From: an uncultured Verrucomicrobiota bacterium
Lineage (GTDB): Bacteria; Verrucomicrobiota; Verrucomicrobiia; Limisphaerales; MWDV01
Assembly (NCBI GenBank): GCA_964548925.1
Contig: CAZJTM010000002.1
Coordinates: 10,814 to 74,813 of the forward strand
Direction: 5' to 3'
DNA: 64,000 nucleotides
Position 1 is the first letter of the stretch; every line of letters begins with the position of its first letter. Below the pieces are notes generated by a model. That model did no database searches. It was given only the letters and a program-made list of their open reading frames with translations, and was not told the origin of the DNA. Positions 40,301 through 47,610 of the stretch are shown piece by piece. The translations under genes and the position numbers were made by a program.

Positions 40301-40978
40301 TTGCCGGCGTTCCCGCCGCTGTGGCTCAATGAGGCGCTCACCCTGAATACGTCCGGCGTCTTCGACAACGCCGGCGAACGCGAACCGTGGATCGAGTTGC
40401 TCAACGCCGGCCCGCTGCCGGTCGCGCTGGATGGTTGGTATTTGACAGACTCGCTCACGGATCTTACGCGCTGGGCCTTCCCGGCTGGTTTCGCCTTGTG
40501 GGGTTCGGAGTGGTTCGTCCTTTGGGCCGACGGGCAGCCGCACCAAACGGTGGGCGACGACCTTCACGTGAACTTCCGGTTGGCCAACCAGCGCACGCTC
40601 GCGCTGGTCCGCGCGCAACCCGGCGGCCCGGCGGTGGTGGATTACCTCACCATCCCGACGCTGGCCAGCGACACGTCCCTGGGCGCGCTGGTGGATGGCC
40701 AAGCTTTCACCCGGCGCGTGTTGCCGTCTCCAACGCCCGGTGCGCCAAACGCCGCCGTTCCCATTCCGGAACTCAGACCCTTGGGTGATCTGACCGCCGG
40801 CCACATTGCGTTTGCATGGGCCACGGTTCCCGGCTTCCGCTACCGTGTGGAAGCTACCGGTGACCTCGTCGGACAGCCGTGGGAAACGGTGGGCGAACAG
40901 ATTGCCCCCGGTGAAGCGCTGGTCTTTAACGTTCCGGCGCGCGATCTTCGGCAGTTTTATCGCGTGGTCCTTCCTTAA
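31370..40978 (+). CDS. Giant surface protein: PA14, Ig, ~8 lamin-tail domains, CotH kinase, cadherin-like repeats, C-terminal FYR domain
   Basis: YTFWIASDDGSELWL (PA14), eight xxNE/SE LTD starts, GNWDAW..NMFLYR..PWDIDFVFG (CotH). GTG start before the signal peptide; the frame is open from 30998. Confidence 0.85.
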   Translation: MRRILVCLGLLSALGFGQVTAPAQSILREVWEGISGNAVSDLTSSPDYPNRPTSTNYVSDFFEAPTDVLDNYGQRMHGYIKPPVTGNYTFWIASDDGSELWLSTDSNPANQRLIASVVGWTSPREWTKEANQQSAPISLTAGNYYYIAALQKEGGGGDNLAVRWLRPDGLDEGPIPATHLVPYGVALTAPVITAHPTNTTAIEGEFATFRVQLNNPVMVYYRWQRNEVDIPGGTAAVLDYGPIKLADQNARFRVIATNSLGSATSSTAYLTVQPDTVKPRLDSARNEGQTRVMVRFSEAVSAANALQAANYKLDRGRSVVAAAYGSDQRTIFLTTSTLTYGETYTLTVNGISDQAASPNFIEPDSTIQFTAWEYVPQDIGSPTNSGSTVVVTNGLDVTGSGTTLGGSSDQFHFAWVERAGDFDFETRVASVTVSDPFLQAGLMARSTLDANAPFAGVFTSSVQLGCFFESRGTAGATSVTTAPRGGFPANYPYTWLRLRRSGSLFTGFGSFDDQVWTQLGSVTISGLPNTLYLGVAVCAEDPTKTATAQFRDLGPTRNTTTGTQRSSKEPIGPSSRATGMIFSEIMYHPASRADGRNLEFIELHNARSVFEDLTGWRLAGDIEFTFPPGFKLQAGETVVVAAAPNDVRTVYGITNVLGPYSGNLPNDGGRVQLLNNGGAIRLDVEYSDQPPWPAAADGAGHSLVLARPSYGEGDVRAWAASEQRGGSPGELDPTVPAPQTSVVINEFLAHTDDPVFDFVELYNRSNTRVDLSGCVLTDDPTTNRFRIPDGTFIEARGFLAWDQNQLGFALDAAGETIFLISADNARVLDAIRFGGQQNGVSSGRSPDGADTIRRLTTPTPGAANAKWRIEDIVINELMFNPITHDDNDEYVELHNRSDAAVDLGGWRFVEGIDFTIPDGTTLSPGGFLVVAKNVARLLSNYTNLNTANTVGNYGGVLRNSGERLALAKPDWVVSTNNSGVVTTNRIFIVVSEVTYSDGGRWGLYADGGGSSLELIDPRGDLLRPSDWADSDETAKAPWTTVEFTGTVDNANGTANRLRIGSLGGGECLVDDVEVFRTGFANVLTNGTFEAGAAGWLFSGNHSTSSVQNTGAASGTYCLRLRAQGDGDTGPNSIRTTLSSTIPNGATTTIRAKVRWLAGWPQVLFRLHGNGLELAANMTVPRNLGTPGLPNSRRVANAGPAIYDVKHEPAVPAANEQVRVTCRFSDTDGLSLVRVRYRVDPSSTLSNITMRDDGTQGDEVAGDGIYTALLAGRSAGSLVAYRITATDNASPSVTSTFPALAPAEECLIRWGDEVPFGTFAHYHLWFTQATGNARQNALDNTYRDSTLVYRNHRVIYNTGFRDKGSPYHGGSGDIAATTPKDDPLLGANDRVFASTGNGGSEATGIRSQLAAWYAQQLGIPYLHAHYMRLYFNGSLFRSDIMEDLEQPNHDFAERWFPVAEEGDLYKVSVWFEFNDDNVGFQATGATIQSFTTTGGQYKLARYRWNWQRRSNDGDANNFGQFFDLVSAVNDTSATYVDRVLNLSDMEQWMRVFCYDFAMGNWDAWTYNVGQNMFLYRPAGKRWVLLPWDIDFVFGLGDGTSGTVRGGQDNTMNRAYNNAAFQRMNWRAYQDTVNGPFLPQNFQPQIDARRSVLLKNGVSGLTAPTAITSWINARRSYIQGQINTADAPVFTLITNSGNDFTNATPTVLLTGSAPFAIATIEVNGVPYPLTWASTRLFRFNLPLTQVTNTFVLVGKDRLGNPVPGAQTNITITYFGEVPRVQDHVVINEVHYNPPPSEPNSSFIELFNRSATTPFDLSGFRLQGLSYTFPSGAVIAPGAYWVLVSDRAGFDAKYGGVSVFDVFPGGLDNDGERLALIKPGETPGTDLVVSDLRYWPRLPWPTNAADLGPSLQLIDPAQGAWRVGNWATTATNNANRTTPGRSNAVAQTLAPFPPVWINEVQPYNLSGPVDGAGDRDPWVELYNAGTNAVDLSGLYLTHTYTNLTLWAFPAGTVLDAGAFLVIWTDGEPGETRPGELHTNFRLDPTSGAIALCRLQGSPLTPAVVDYLEYDQLSAGRSFGSYPDGEPRQRQPFVHATPGVANDPEMPPVTVRINEFMAGNTRTLADPADNDYDDWFELYNSDTNEVDLSSYTLTDNLENPTKYRVPAGTRIPAGGFLLVWADEETGQNAPGRDLHVNFKLSLGGEALGLFAPDGSVVDAFDFGQQTNDVSMGRFPDGADLPLYFLTTPSPRAPNILAGGNRLPVITAIPNQLIAEGALLTFVAQASDPDAGQTVRFSLDADAPPAAWIHEVTGEFRWTPDEADGPGRFTFGVRATDDGSPPRSAVARVTVDVTEVNHPPTLDPIPDQFVDQGAQLVLQLTATDPDLPPNNLLYTLDPGAPEGMSVTPQGRLTWTTDETLGGGEFMISVRVSDQGTPPYSDSRAFKVSVVEVPSPPVLPIIPPQFVNEGELFHFTVSASDPDQPPGPLRFSLESAPVAARIDPDTGEITWLTTETDGPTNAIFVVRATKLNAPTLSAARTFSVIVQEINQPPVILALSPQLVREGQTLAVRAIAQDADLPSQVLVFDFPSDPPAGMTIDRETGWIVWPVPPDRGAGVEEILVRVTDDGPGALSATQLLQVTVQPQPHVVFNEIMYRPAAVGAEFIELCNNSTNTTESLSGLTLTGSNLSFTFPQGSQLARGLLVLGAPTGGAFEPPHGLGLPVAGVWTGTLGVGADWLRLTRTRSDQSVELLDEVRYEAATPWPGAANGDGASLQLLDPAQDNRRVANWTAVPPEIPGQPRGLVVMTNLWRYHQLGQDLGTAWREPAYDDALWPQGPALLYVEDAALSSPKNTPLTLGPMTYYFRTKFTYTGPTLGVRLNARLMVDDAAIVYLNGKELLRLGFNPETQVVFGTPADRLVGDAALEGPFSIQGEFLRYGENTLTVEVHQNNSSSSDVVWGMDLAVESLAAPFTPGKANSVATPLPAFPPLWLNEALTLNTSGVFDNAGEREPWIELLNAGPLPVALDGWYLTDSLTDLTRWAFPAGFALWGSEWFVLWADGQPHQTVGDDLHVNFRLANQRTLALVRAQPGGPAVVDYLTIPTLASDTSLGALVDGQAFTRRVLPSPTPGAPNAAVPIPELRPLGDLTAGHIAFAWATVPGFRYRVEATGDLVGQPWETVGEQIAPGEALVFNVPARDLRQFYRVVLP

Positions 40979-41029
40979 TCCACCCGTCGAACTTGAGTCC
41001 ATCGGTCAGGCCCGCTAGCTTGCGCGCCA

Positions 41030-42010
41030 ATGAACACAGGTTTGTCGGAGCAGGTGCAGGCCACGGCGGCATGGGTCAAGACCCTGCGCGAGGAAATCGC
41101 GGGCGTCATCGTGGGTCAGGAGCAACTGATTGATCGGTTGCTCGTCGGGTTGCTGGCGAACGGCCACGTCCTGCTGGAAGGCGTGCCCGGCCTGGCCAAA
41201 ACGCTTTCCGTGCGCGTGCTGGCGGCGGCGATTCAGGCCAGCTTTCACCGCATCCAGTTCACGCCCGACCTGTTGCCCGCCGACATCGTAGGCACGCTCA
41301 TTTACAGTCCGCAGGACGGCAAATATCACGCCACCAAAGGGCCGGTCTTCGCCAACTTCGTGCTGGCCGACGAAATCAACCGCGCGCCGGCCAAGGTGCA
41401 ATCGGCGTTGCTCGAAGCCATGCAGGAACGCCAGGTCACCCTCGGCGGCGAAACCCTGCCCTTGCCGTCGCCGTTCCTCGTGCTCGCCACGGAGAACCCC
41501 ATTGACCAGGAAGGCACGTATCCGCTCCCCGAGGCGCAGGTGGATCGCTTTATGTTCAAGGTGTTGCTGGACTATCCGGCGTTCGACGAAGAGCGGCGCA
41601 TCCTGGATCGCATGGCGTTCACCGCGCCGGAAATGCGCATCAAGCCGGTCATCGGGCTGGAGGAGATCTTCCGCACCCGCAAGCTGGTGGATCAGATTCA
41701 CGTGGACGACAAGGTGCGCGATTACATCGTCCACGTGGTCTTCGCCACCCGCAAGCCGGAGCAATACAAGCTCGACGTGAAACACTTCATCCAGTTCGGC
41801 GCGTCGCCGCGGGCCACGATCTACCTGACGTTGGCGGCCCGGGCCTGGGCGCTGTTGCAGGGCCGCGCCTACGTCACGCCGGAAGACGTGAAGAGCATCG
41901 GCCCGGACGTGCTCCGCCACCGCATCATCCTCACCTACGAAGCCGAGGCCCAGGCGGTGACGACGGACGCGATCATCCGCAAGGTGTTCAATGCGGTGCC
42001 AGTGCCATGA
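41030..42010 (+). CDS. moxR: MoxR-family AAA+ ATPase
   Basis: EGVPGLAKT, RIQFTPDLLPAD, LADEINRAPAKVQSALLEAMQE. Confidence 0.95.
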   Translation: MNTGLSEQVQATAAWVKTLREEIAGVIVGQEQLIDRLLVGLLANGHVLLEGVPGLAKTLSVRVLAAAIQASFHRIQFTPDLLPADIVGTLIYSPQDGKYHATKGPVFANFVLADEINRAPAKVQSALLEAMQERQVTLGGETLPLPSPFLVLATENPIDQEGTYPLPEAQVDRFMFKVLLDYPAFDEERRILDRMAFTAPEMRIKPVIGLEEIFRTRKLVDQIHVDDKVRDYIVHVVFATRKPEQYKLDVKHFIQFGASPRATIYLTLAARAWALLQGRAYVTPEDVKSIGPDVLRHRIILTYEAEAQAVTTDAIIRKVFNAVPVP

Positions 42011-42011
42011 T

Positions 42012-42570
42012 GCAAAACCCGAGATTCGAAATCCGAAATCCGAAACAAGCTCGAATTCCGAATATCGAAACCCCGCGCGCCAAGACCTAACCATGCCGCC
42101 CCTCTGGCCACTCCCCATGAACCTACCCAAGGATTCAAAGCGCCCAAGGATTCCTCGCCAATCCCTGAACGTTTTGAATCCCTGGAAACCCAAGCCCGGG
42201 TTCAAGGGTTCAAAGCGGGAACTTGCTGGGCGAAATCTATTCACGAACCTCCCCGTCTGGAGTCCCGGCTTAAGCCGGTTCGGCGTGCCGCGTGGCTCGG
42301 TTGCGGCAACGGCTGAAGCCGGGACTCCAAACGGCGGAAGCCGGCTCTGGAACGCACAAACCGGCAGGACAAATTCGTGTTGCATTTGCACCACGAAACT
42401 TTCCAGCTTGGACGTCGGGAGGTTCAGGGCGAGAGACGGGTTCCCGTGCATGCCGCCGACTCAGGGCGACTGCTGCTCATTTTCGGATTTCGACCGTCGG
42501 CAGCGTTTCGGGCTTTGGCTTTCGAGATTCGGATTTGTTTCGGATTTCGGATTTCGAGCTTCGGATTTGC
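42012..42570. repeat. Multi-level nested palindromic composite element
   Basis: Outer 23-bp perfect IR tcgaaatccgaaatccgaaacaa; middle ctccccatgaacct / aggttcagggcgagag; inner tggagtcccggcttaagccgg / cggctgaagccgggactcca. Confidence 0.88.
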
Positions 42571-42574
42571 CCAC

Positions 42575-43588
42575 ATGACTCTCTCCGAACTCCTCGAAAC
42601 CGTCCGCCGCGTCGAGGTGCGCACCAACCGCCTGGTCAACGACACCATGGTGGGCGCGTACCTCAGCCATTTCCGTGGGCGGGGCATGGACTTCGAGGAA
42701 CTCCGCGAATACATCCCCGGCGACGACGTGCGGGACATTGACTGGAACGTCACGAACCGGATGGGCCGCCCGTTTGTAAAGCGGTATCGCGAGGAACGCG
42801 AATTGGCCGTGGTGCTCGCCCTGGATGTCTCGGCCTCTTCGGCCTTCGGTTCGGCGGAGCGGACCAAGCGGGAATTCGCCACAGAGATCGCGGCGACGCT
42901 CGCGTTCTCCGCCACCCGCAGCAGCGACAAGGTGGCGTTGCTGTTGTTCTCCGATCAGGTGGAGCTTTATTTGCCACCGCGCAAAGGCCGCCGCCACATC
43001 TTGCGGCTTATTCGGGAGATGCTTTCGCTCCAGCCGCGGCGCGTGGGCACGGACATCCCGGCGGCGCTCACGTTCCTCAATCACGTCCTGCATCGGCGCG
43101 CGATCGTCTTTCTGCTGACGGATTTCCTGCACAGCTTCGGCACCCCACCGCCCGAGGGCCTTGACCCCGACAGCGTGCCGCCGCGCGTCCCGCCGGCAGA
43201 ACCAGTTTCTTCAGTCGAATACGGAACAGGCAGCGGGACGCATGGCAGCACGCTGTCGCACACGCGCGACGTCATCCAGGAAATCGGCCTGACAAATTCG
43301 CGGCACGACTTGGTGTGCGTCCACTTGCATGACCCGCGCGAAAGCGTGCTGCCGCCGGCGGGGTTGCTGACCATCGAAGACGCCGAAACGGGCGAGTTGC
43401 TAGAACTGGACTCGAACCGTGCCGGCGTGCGGCATCTGTTCGCGCGCACCAACGCCGACCGGCTCGCGGCGCTGGATCGCGCCCTGAGCCAGGCGGGTGT
43501 GGACACGTTGCGCTTGGGGACCACTGAGCCATTTGCCCATACGCTGCAACGGTTCTTTGAACTTCGACGGGGCAGGAGGCGCGGATGA
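42575..43588 (+). CDS. DUF58 family protein (with in-frame palindrome insert)
   Basis: GRGMDFEELREYIPGDDVRDIDWNVT, LDVSAS, RRAIVFLLTDF. Confidence 0.92.
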   Translation: MTLSELLETVRRVEVRTNRLVNDTMVGAYLSHFRGRGMDFEELREYIPGDDVRDIDWNVTNRMGRPFVKRYREERELAVVLALDVSASSAFGSAERTKREFATEIAATLAFSATRSSDKVALLLFSDQVELYLPPRKGRRHILRLIREMLSLQPRRVGTDIPAALTFLNHVLHRRAIVFLLTDFLHSFGTPPPEGLDPDSVPPRVPPAEPVSSVEYGTGSGTHGSTLSHTRDVIQEIGLTNSRHDLVCVHLHDPRESVLPPAGLLTIEDAETGELLELDSNRAGVRHLFARTNADRLAALDRALSQAGVDTLRLGTTEPFAHTLQRFFELRRGRRRG

Positions 43589-44349
43589 AGAGTGGGCCGC
43601 CCCTCGTAGGACAGGCTTCCAGCCTGTCTCCAACTTCAAGAAGCGCTTTCTGGGCGCGGCAGGTCAAGGGGTGGCGGGCGCGCGGATTCGCCAAACGTGA
43701 TCGGGATAAATTTGGAGACAGGCTGGAAGCCTGTCCTACGAGGGGCGGCGCGCCAAGCGCGAAATGCTTGGGCTGGGCGTTGCTGTTGGTCGCGCTCGGG
43801 GCGCACGCTCAACGGACCAACGACATCCCGCCATTGCGTCCGCCGCATCCCGAGTTGCCGCCCAGGTTTTGGGAGCAGCACGGCTCGTGGATTGTGCTGT
43901 TGACCTGCCTGCTGCTGGCCTTGGCTGCTTATGCCGTTTGGCGCTGGCGGCGACCCAAACCGCTGGTGATCGTGCCAATCGAGGTTCAGACGCGTCAGGA
44001 ATTGGAACGCCTCCGATCCGAACCCGAGAACGGCAGGACGCTGAGTCTGGTGTCACGTTGCGTGCGCCGATACGTGGCCGTCGCCTTTCGTTTGCCCGTC
44101 GGCGAATTCACGACCGCCGAGTTCTGCCGTGCCGTGGCCTGCCAGCCTGAGATCGGCCCCGAATTGACGGAGGCACTGTGCAACTTTTTGCGTCAATGCG
44201 ACGAACGCAAGTTCGCGCCGGCGCCGCCCGCGCCACCGCTGGGCGCAGTGGAACGCGCCGCAAAGTTGGTCGAACAAGGCGAGGCGAGGCGCGAAGCGAT
44301 GCGCCGGGCCGCTGTTGGTCCCAGCGACCGCTCGAATCAAAGCGCATGA
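43585..44349 (+). CDS. Bat-operon membrane protein (DUF4381-like)
   Basis: DIPPLRPP + TM + T..EF..A..CDERKFA. ATGA overlaps at both ends. Confidence 0.7.
   Translation: MKSGPPLVGQASSLSPTSRSAFWARQVKGWRARGFAKRDRDKFGDRLEACPTRGGAPSAKCLGWALLLVALGAHAQRTNDIPPLRPPHPELPPRFWEQHGSWIVLLTCLLLALAAYAVWRWRRPKPLVIVPIEVQTRQELERLRSEPENGRTLSLVSRCVRRYVAVAFRLPVGEFTTAEFCRAVACQPEIGPELTEALCNFLRQCDERKFAPAPPAPPLGAVERAAKLVEQGEARREAMRRAAVGPSDRSNQSA
43606..43739. repeat. REP-like palindrome, perfect 26-bp arms, in frame
   Basis: gtaggacaggcttccagcctgtctcc / ggagacaggctggaagcctgtcctac. Confidence 0.92.
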
Positions 44350-45386
44350 ACGGCCAGTTCGAGTTTCAACATCCCTGGGTGCTGGCGCTGTTGGCGCTGC
44401 TGCCGGTGTACGCCTTTCTGTGCGGGCGGGCGGGCAAGCACGCGGCGCTGCGCTTTCCCAGCGCCGACATCGCGCGGGCGGCCGGGGCCGCGGCGCGGGC
44501 GGCGGCGGGACGCTTGCTGCTATTTCTGCGCTTGCTCACCGTCGCGCTGGTCATCGGAACGCTCGCCGGTCCACGCTTCGCCAACAACCGCACCGAAACG
44601 CAGGCCAGCGGCGTGGACATTATGCTTGCGCTTGATTTGTCATGGTCCATGGCGGCGCTGGACATGAGTGGGCCGAACGAGCGCGTGTCGCGGTTCGACA
44701 TCGCCGCCGAGGTGCTGGAGGATTTCATCCGCAAACGGCCCAGCGATCGCATTGGCTTGATGGTTTTTTCCGCCGTTCCGTATCTGGCCAGCCCGCTCAC
44801 CTTGAACCATGATTGGCTCGTTGAGAACCTGCGCCGCCTGCACGTCGGGCTGATCCGCGAACTGGGCACGGCCATCGGCGACGCCACGGCGGCTTCCGCC
44901 AAACGCCTGAAAGCGGCCAAGGACAGCAAGAGCCGGATCATCATCCTGCTCACCGACGGCGACAACAACCAGGGAGAGATTGACCCGGTTCCCGCCGCGC
45001 AACTCGCCGCCGCGCTGGGCGCGAAGGTCTATACCATCGGCATCGGCGTGGAAGCCCCGTGCCAGTTGCCGAAGTTCGACCTGTCCAGCGGCAAGTTGAT
45101 CCTCGACGCCACCGGCAACGTCATCTACGGGCTGGTCCTGCAGCCGGCCAACTACGACGTCCTGAACCGCATCTCCGCGCTCTCGAACGCCAAGTCCTAT
45201 CGCGCCAAGAACCGCCGTGAGTTGCAGAACATCTACGACGAGATTGACCAGTTGGAGAAAACGGAGGTGACGCTGCGGCGCTACACCATTTACACACCGC
45301 TGTTTCAATGGCCGCTGCTGGCCGCGCTGGGCTTGCTCGTCCTCGAAACCGTGCTGGCTTCCACCCGCTACCGCCGCGCGCCATGA
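44346..45386 (+). CDS. batA: BatA-like VWA protein
   Basis: FQHPWVL, DIMLALDLSWSM, DRIGL, GTAIGD, ILLTDG. Confidence 0.88.
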   Translation: MNGQFEFQHPWVLALLALLPVYAFLCGRAGKHAALRFPSADIARAAGAAARAAAGRLLLFLRLLTVALVIGTLAGPRFANNRTETQASGVDIMLALDLSWSMAALDMSGPNERVSRFDIAAEVLEDFIRKRPSDRIGLMVFSAVPYLASPLTLNHDWLVENLRRLHVGLIRELGTAIGDATAASAKRLKAAKDSKSRIIILLTDGDNNQGEIDPVPAAQLAAALGAKVYTIGIGVEAPCQLPKFDLSSGKLILDATGNVIYGLVLQPANYDVLNRISALSNAKSYRAKNRRELQNIYDEIDQLEKTEVTLRRYTIYTPLFQWPLLAALGLLVLETVLASTRYRRAP

Positions 45387-46411
45387 CCGACCTGGCCCAC
45401 TTCCATTTCGCCGAACCGCGCTGGCTCTGGCTGGCCGCGCTTGGACCGCTCCTGCTCCTGGCGCTGCAACGCTACGCCGCTTGGGCGCGGCGGCGTCAAT
45501 TGGCGAGCCTTGCCTCGCCGCACTTTCTTGCTGAACTTACCTGCTCTCACAGTCCGCTGCGTCGCGCGCTCAAAGAGGGGTTGCTGCTGCTGGCGGTGGC
45601 GCTCATGGGCCTGGCCTTGGCCCGCCCGCAGTGGGGAGTGATGGAAATCGCGGACCAGCGCCTGGGGGAGGACGTCGTTTTCGCGGTGGATACCTCGCAG
45701 AGCATGCTGGCGGCGGACGTGTCGCCCAACCGGCTGGAGCGCGCCAAGCAGGCGGTGCTGGAGTTCGTGCGGCGCAACGGCAGCGGGCGCGTCGGGCTTG
45801 TCGCGTTCGCCGGCCAGGCGTTTCTGCAATGTCCGTTGACCTTCGACTACGGCGCGTTCGAGGACGCGCTGCGCGGCTTGGACGCAAGGACCATTCCGGT
45901 TCCGGGCACGGACGTTGGCCGTGCGCTGGACGAGGCGTTCCGCGCGATGGAGAAGACGGATCGTCGCAAGACGGTGGTGCTGGTCACGGATGGAGAGGAC
46001 CTTGAGAAGGCCGGCGTGCGCATCGCCGGGAAGCTGAAGGAACAGGGTATTGTGGTGTTCACCGTGGGCGTGGGCACGGCGGCGGGATCGGAAATCCGGG
46101 TTCTGAACGCGCAGAATCAACCCGAGTTGGTGCGGGACAGCCGGGGCGAGGTGGTGCGCAGCCGTCTGGATGAGGACACGCTGCGCGAGATCGCCAAGGT
46201 CACTGGAGGGCGCTATTTTCCCCTTGGCGAACTCGGCGAAGGGCTGGCGCAAGTGCGGTTGGCGTTGCTGGCCAGCGACGCGGAGGCCCACGGCGCGTCG
46301 GTGCGCAGACTGGGCGTGGATCGCTACCAACTGCCGGTCGCGGTTTTGCTGATCGCGCTGGTGGCGGAATCGCTGATCGGCACGCGGCGGCACGGCACGC
46401 GTGCGAAGTGA
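45383..46411 (+). CDS. batB: BatB-like VWA protein
   Basis: FAEPRWL, ARPQWG, AVDTSQSM, GTDVG, VLVTDGED. Confidence 0.85.
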   Translation: MTDLAHFHFAEPRWLWLAALGPLLLLALQRYAAWARRRQLASLASPHFLAELTCSHSPLRRALKEGLLLLAVALMGLALARPQWGVMEIADQRLGEDVVFAVDTSQSMLAADVSPNRLERAKQAVLEFVRRNGSGRVGLVAFAGQAFLQCPLTFDYGAFEDALRGLDARTIPVPGTDVGRALDEAFRAMEKTDRRKTVVLVTDGEDLEKAGVRIAGKLKEQGIVVFTVGVGTAAGSEIRVLNAQNQPELVRDSRGEVVRSRLDEDTLREIAKVTGGRYFPLGELGEGLAQVRLALLASDAEAHGASVRRLGVDRYQLPVAVLLIALVAESLIGTRRHGTRAK

Positions 46412-47610
46412 ACTTGATGCAAAGGTGTAACGAGCAAAGCCGACGGCGAAACGAGTGCCGGAACGTGGAGCGTATCCCGCTCCTGTTGCCGAAGTGCGCC
46501 ATTACCGCAGGACAGGCTTCCAGCCTTTCTCAAACTTCAAAGCGTTCGTTGGTGACAGGGCGGAACGCGGGGCAGTCGTGCGGGTTGGGGAGCGACGGTC
46601 GGGATCAAGATGGAGACAGGCTGGAAGCCTGTCCTACGGGTTGGTTGGCGCGCCGCGCCGCCTGTGCTTGGTGCGGCCTTGCGCTACTGCTGCTCGGGTT
46701 GGGGGGCGCCGACGCGCAGAGCAATTTGCCTCCTTCACCCCGAACGAACGTGCCCGCCGCCAAGCCCGAGCCTCCGCCACTGTCCGCACGGGATTTCTTC
46801 AACGCCGGAACTCGCCGGCTGGGTGACGGGAAGTTGAATGAAGCCGAGAGTCTCCTGCAAACCGCCCTGGCCAGGCAGGACGCCACGGTGCGAGCCGTCT
46901 CACTCTACAACCTCGGCCACGTGCGGTTCGCGCAGGGAGCGGAGGAGTTGAAGAAATCTCTCGCCGCCGGCCCCACGGCTCGTCGTGGAAGCGTGGCCAC
47001 AGCCCTGGCCGAGCAGACGGTCGCCCAGGCCACGGACGCGCTGGCATCGCGGGACGTGCAGCGAATGGTCGCCGCGTATCAGCAGGGCCGCGGCACCCGC
47101 AAGGAATTGCGGGAAGCGATCAAGGCCGTGCGGCGCGCCCTCGAATTGCATGGTGCCGCCCTGCGCCGCTGGCAGCGATCCCTCGGGGATTTCAAGAGCG
47201 CGCTCGAACTCCAACCAGCGGACACCGACGCACGGCACAACGCTGAAGTCGTGGAACGCTCGATCGCGAAGCTCGTGGACAGCATCCAGGAGTTGCAGCA
47301 GATGATGATGGGCATGGGGCAGGTCAAACGCGACCTAGACGAGCGCATGAAGCAGATGAAGGGACAGATTCCCGAGCCCATGATGCCGCCGGGCGCTCCC
47401 GGTGACGACGAGGAGGAAGAGAACGGTCGTTCGGATGAACCGAAAGAAGGAGAGAAGGAAGGTCCGCAACGCGAGGGCCAGGAAATGACCCTTTCGCGCG
47501 AGGAAGCAGGCTGGTTGCTTGAAGGCTTCCGGCTCGATGGCGAGCGCCGGTTGCCGATGGGGCAGGGCGACACCGCCGAGCCGAAGGATCGCAAAGGGAA
47601 AACGTGGTGA
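46408..47610 (+). CDS. BatC-like TPR protein
   Basis: FFNAG, LYNLG, ARHNAEVV, ends K.W. Follows batB. Confidence 0.72.
   Translation: MNLMQRCNEQSRRRNECRNVERIPLLLPKCAITAGQASSLSQTSKRSLVTGRNAGQSCGLGSDGRDQDGDRLEACPTGWLARRAACAWCGLALLLLGLGGADAQSNLPPSPRTNVPAAKPEPPPLSARDFFNAGTRRLGDGKLNEAESLLQTALARQDATVRAVSLYNLGHVRFAQGAEELKKSLAAGPTARRGSVATALAEQTVAQATDALASRDVQRMVAAYQQGRGTRKELREAIKAVRRALELHGAALRRWQRSLGDFKSALELQPADTDARHNAEVVERSIAKLVDSIQELQQMMMGMGQVKRDLDERMKQMKGQIPEPMMPPGAPGDDEEEENGRSDEPKEGEKEGPQREGQEMTLSREEAGWLLEGFRLDGERRLPMGQGDTAEPKDRKGKTW
46507..46637. repeat. Second copy of the 43606 palindrome, in frame
   Basis: gcaggacaggcttccagcctttctc / ggagacaggctggaagcctgtcctac. Confidence 0.9.

Noticed and set aside
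34550-41002. Long minus-strand ORFs (e.g. 38531..41002, 823 aa) opposite the giant gene, and similar shadows elsewhere
   Set aside because: Expected from high-GC codon bias. They carry no protein motifs.
42377-42574. Extended N-terminus of the DUF58 ORF
   Set aside because: Lies inside the nested repeat with no coupled start. The conserved sequence begins at ATG 42575.
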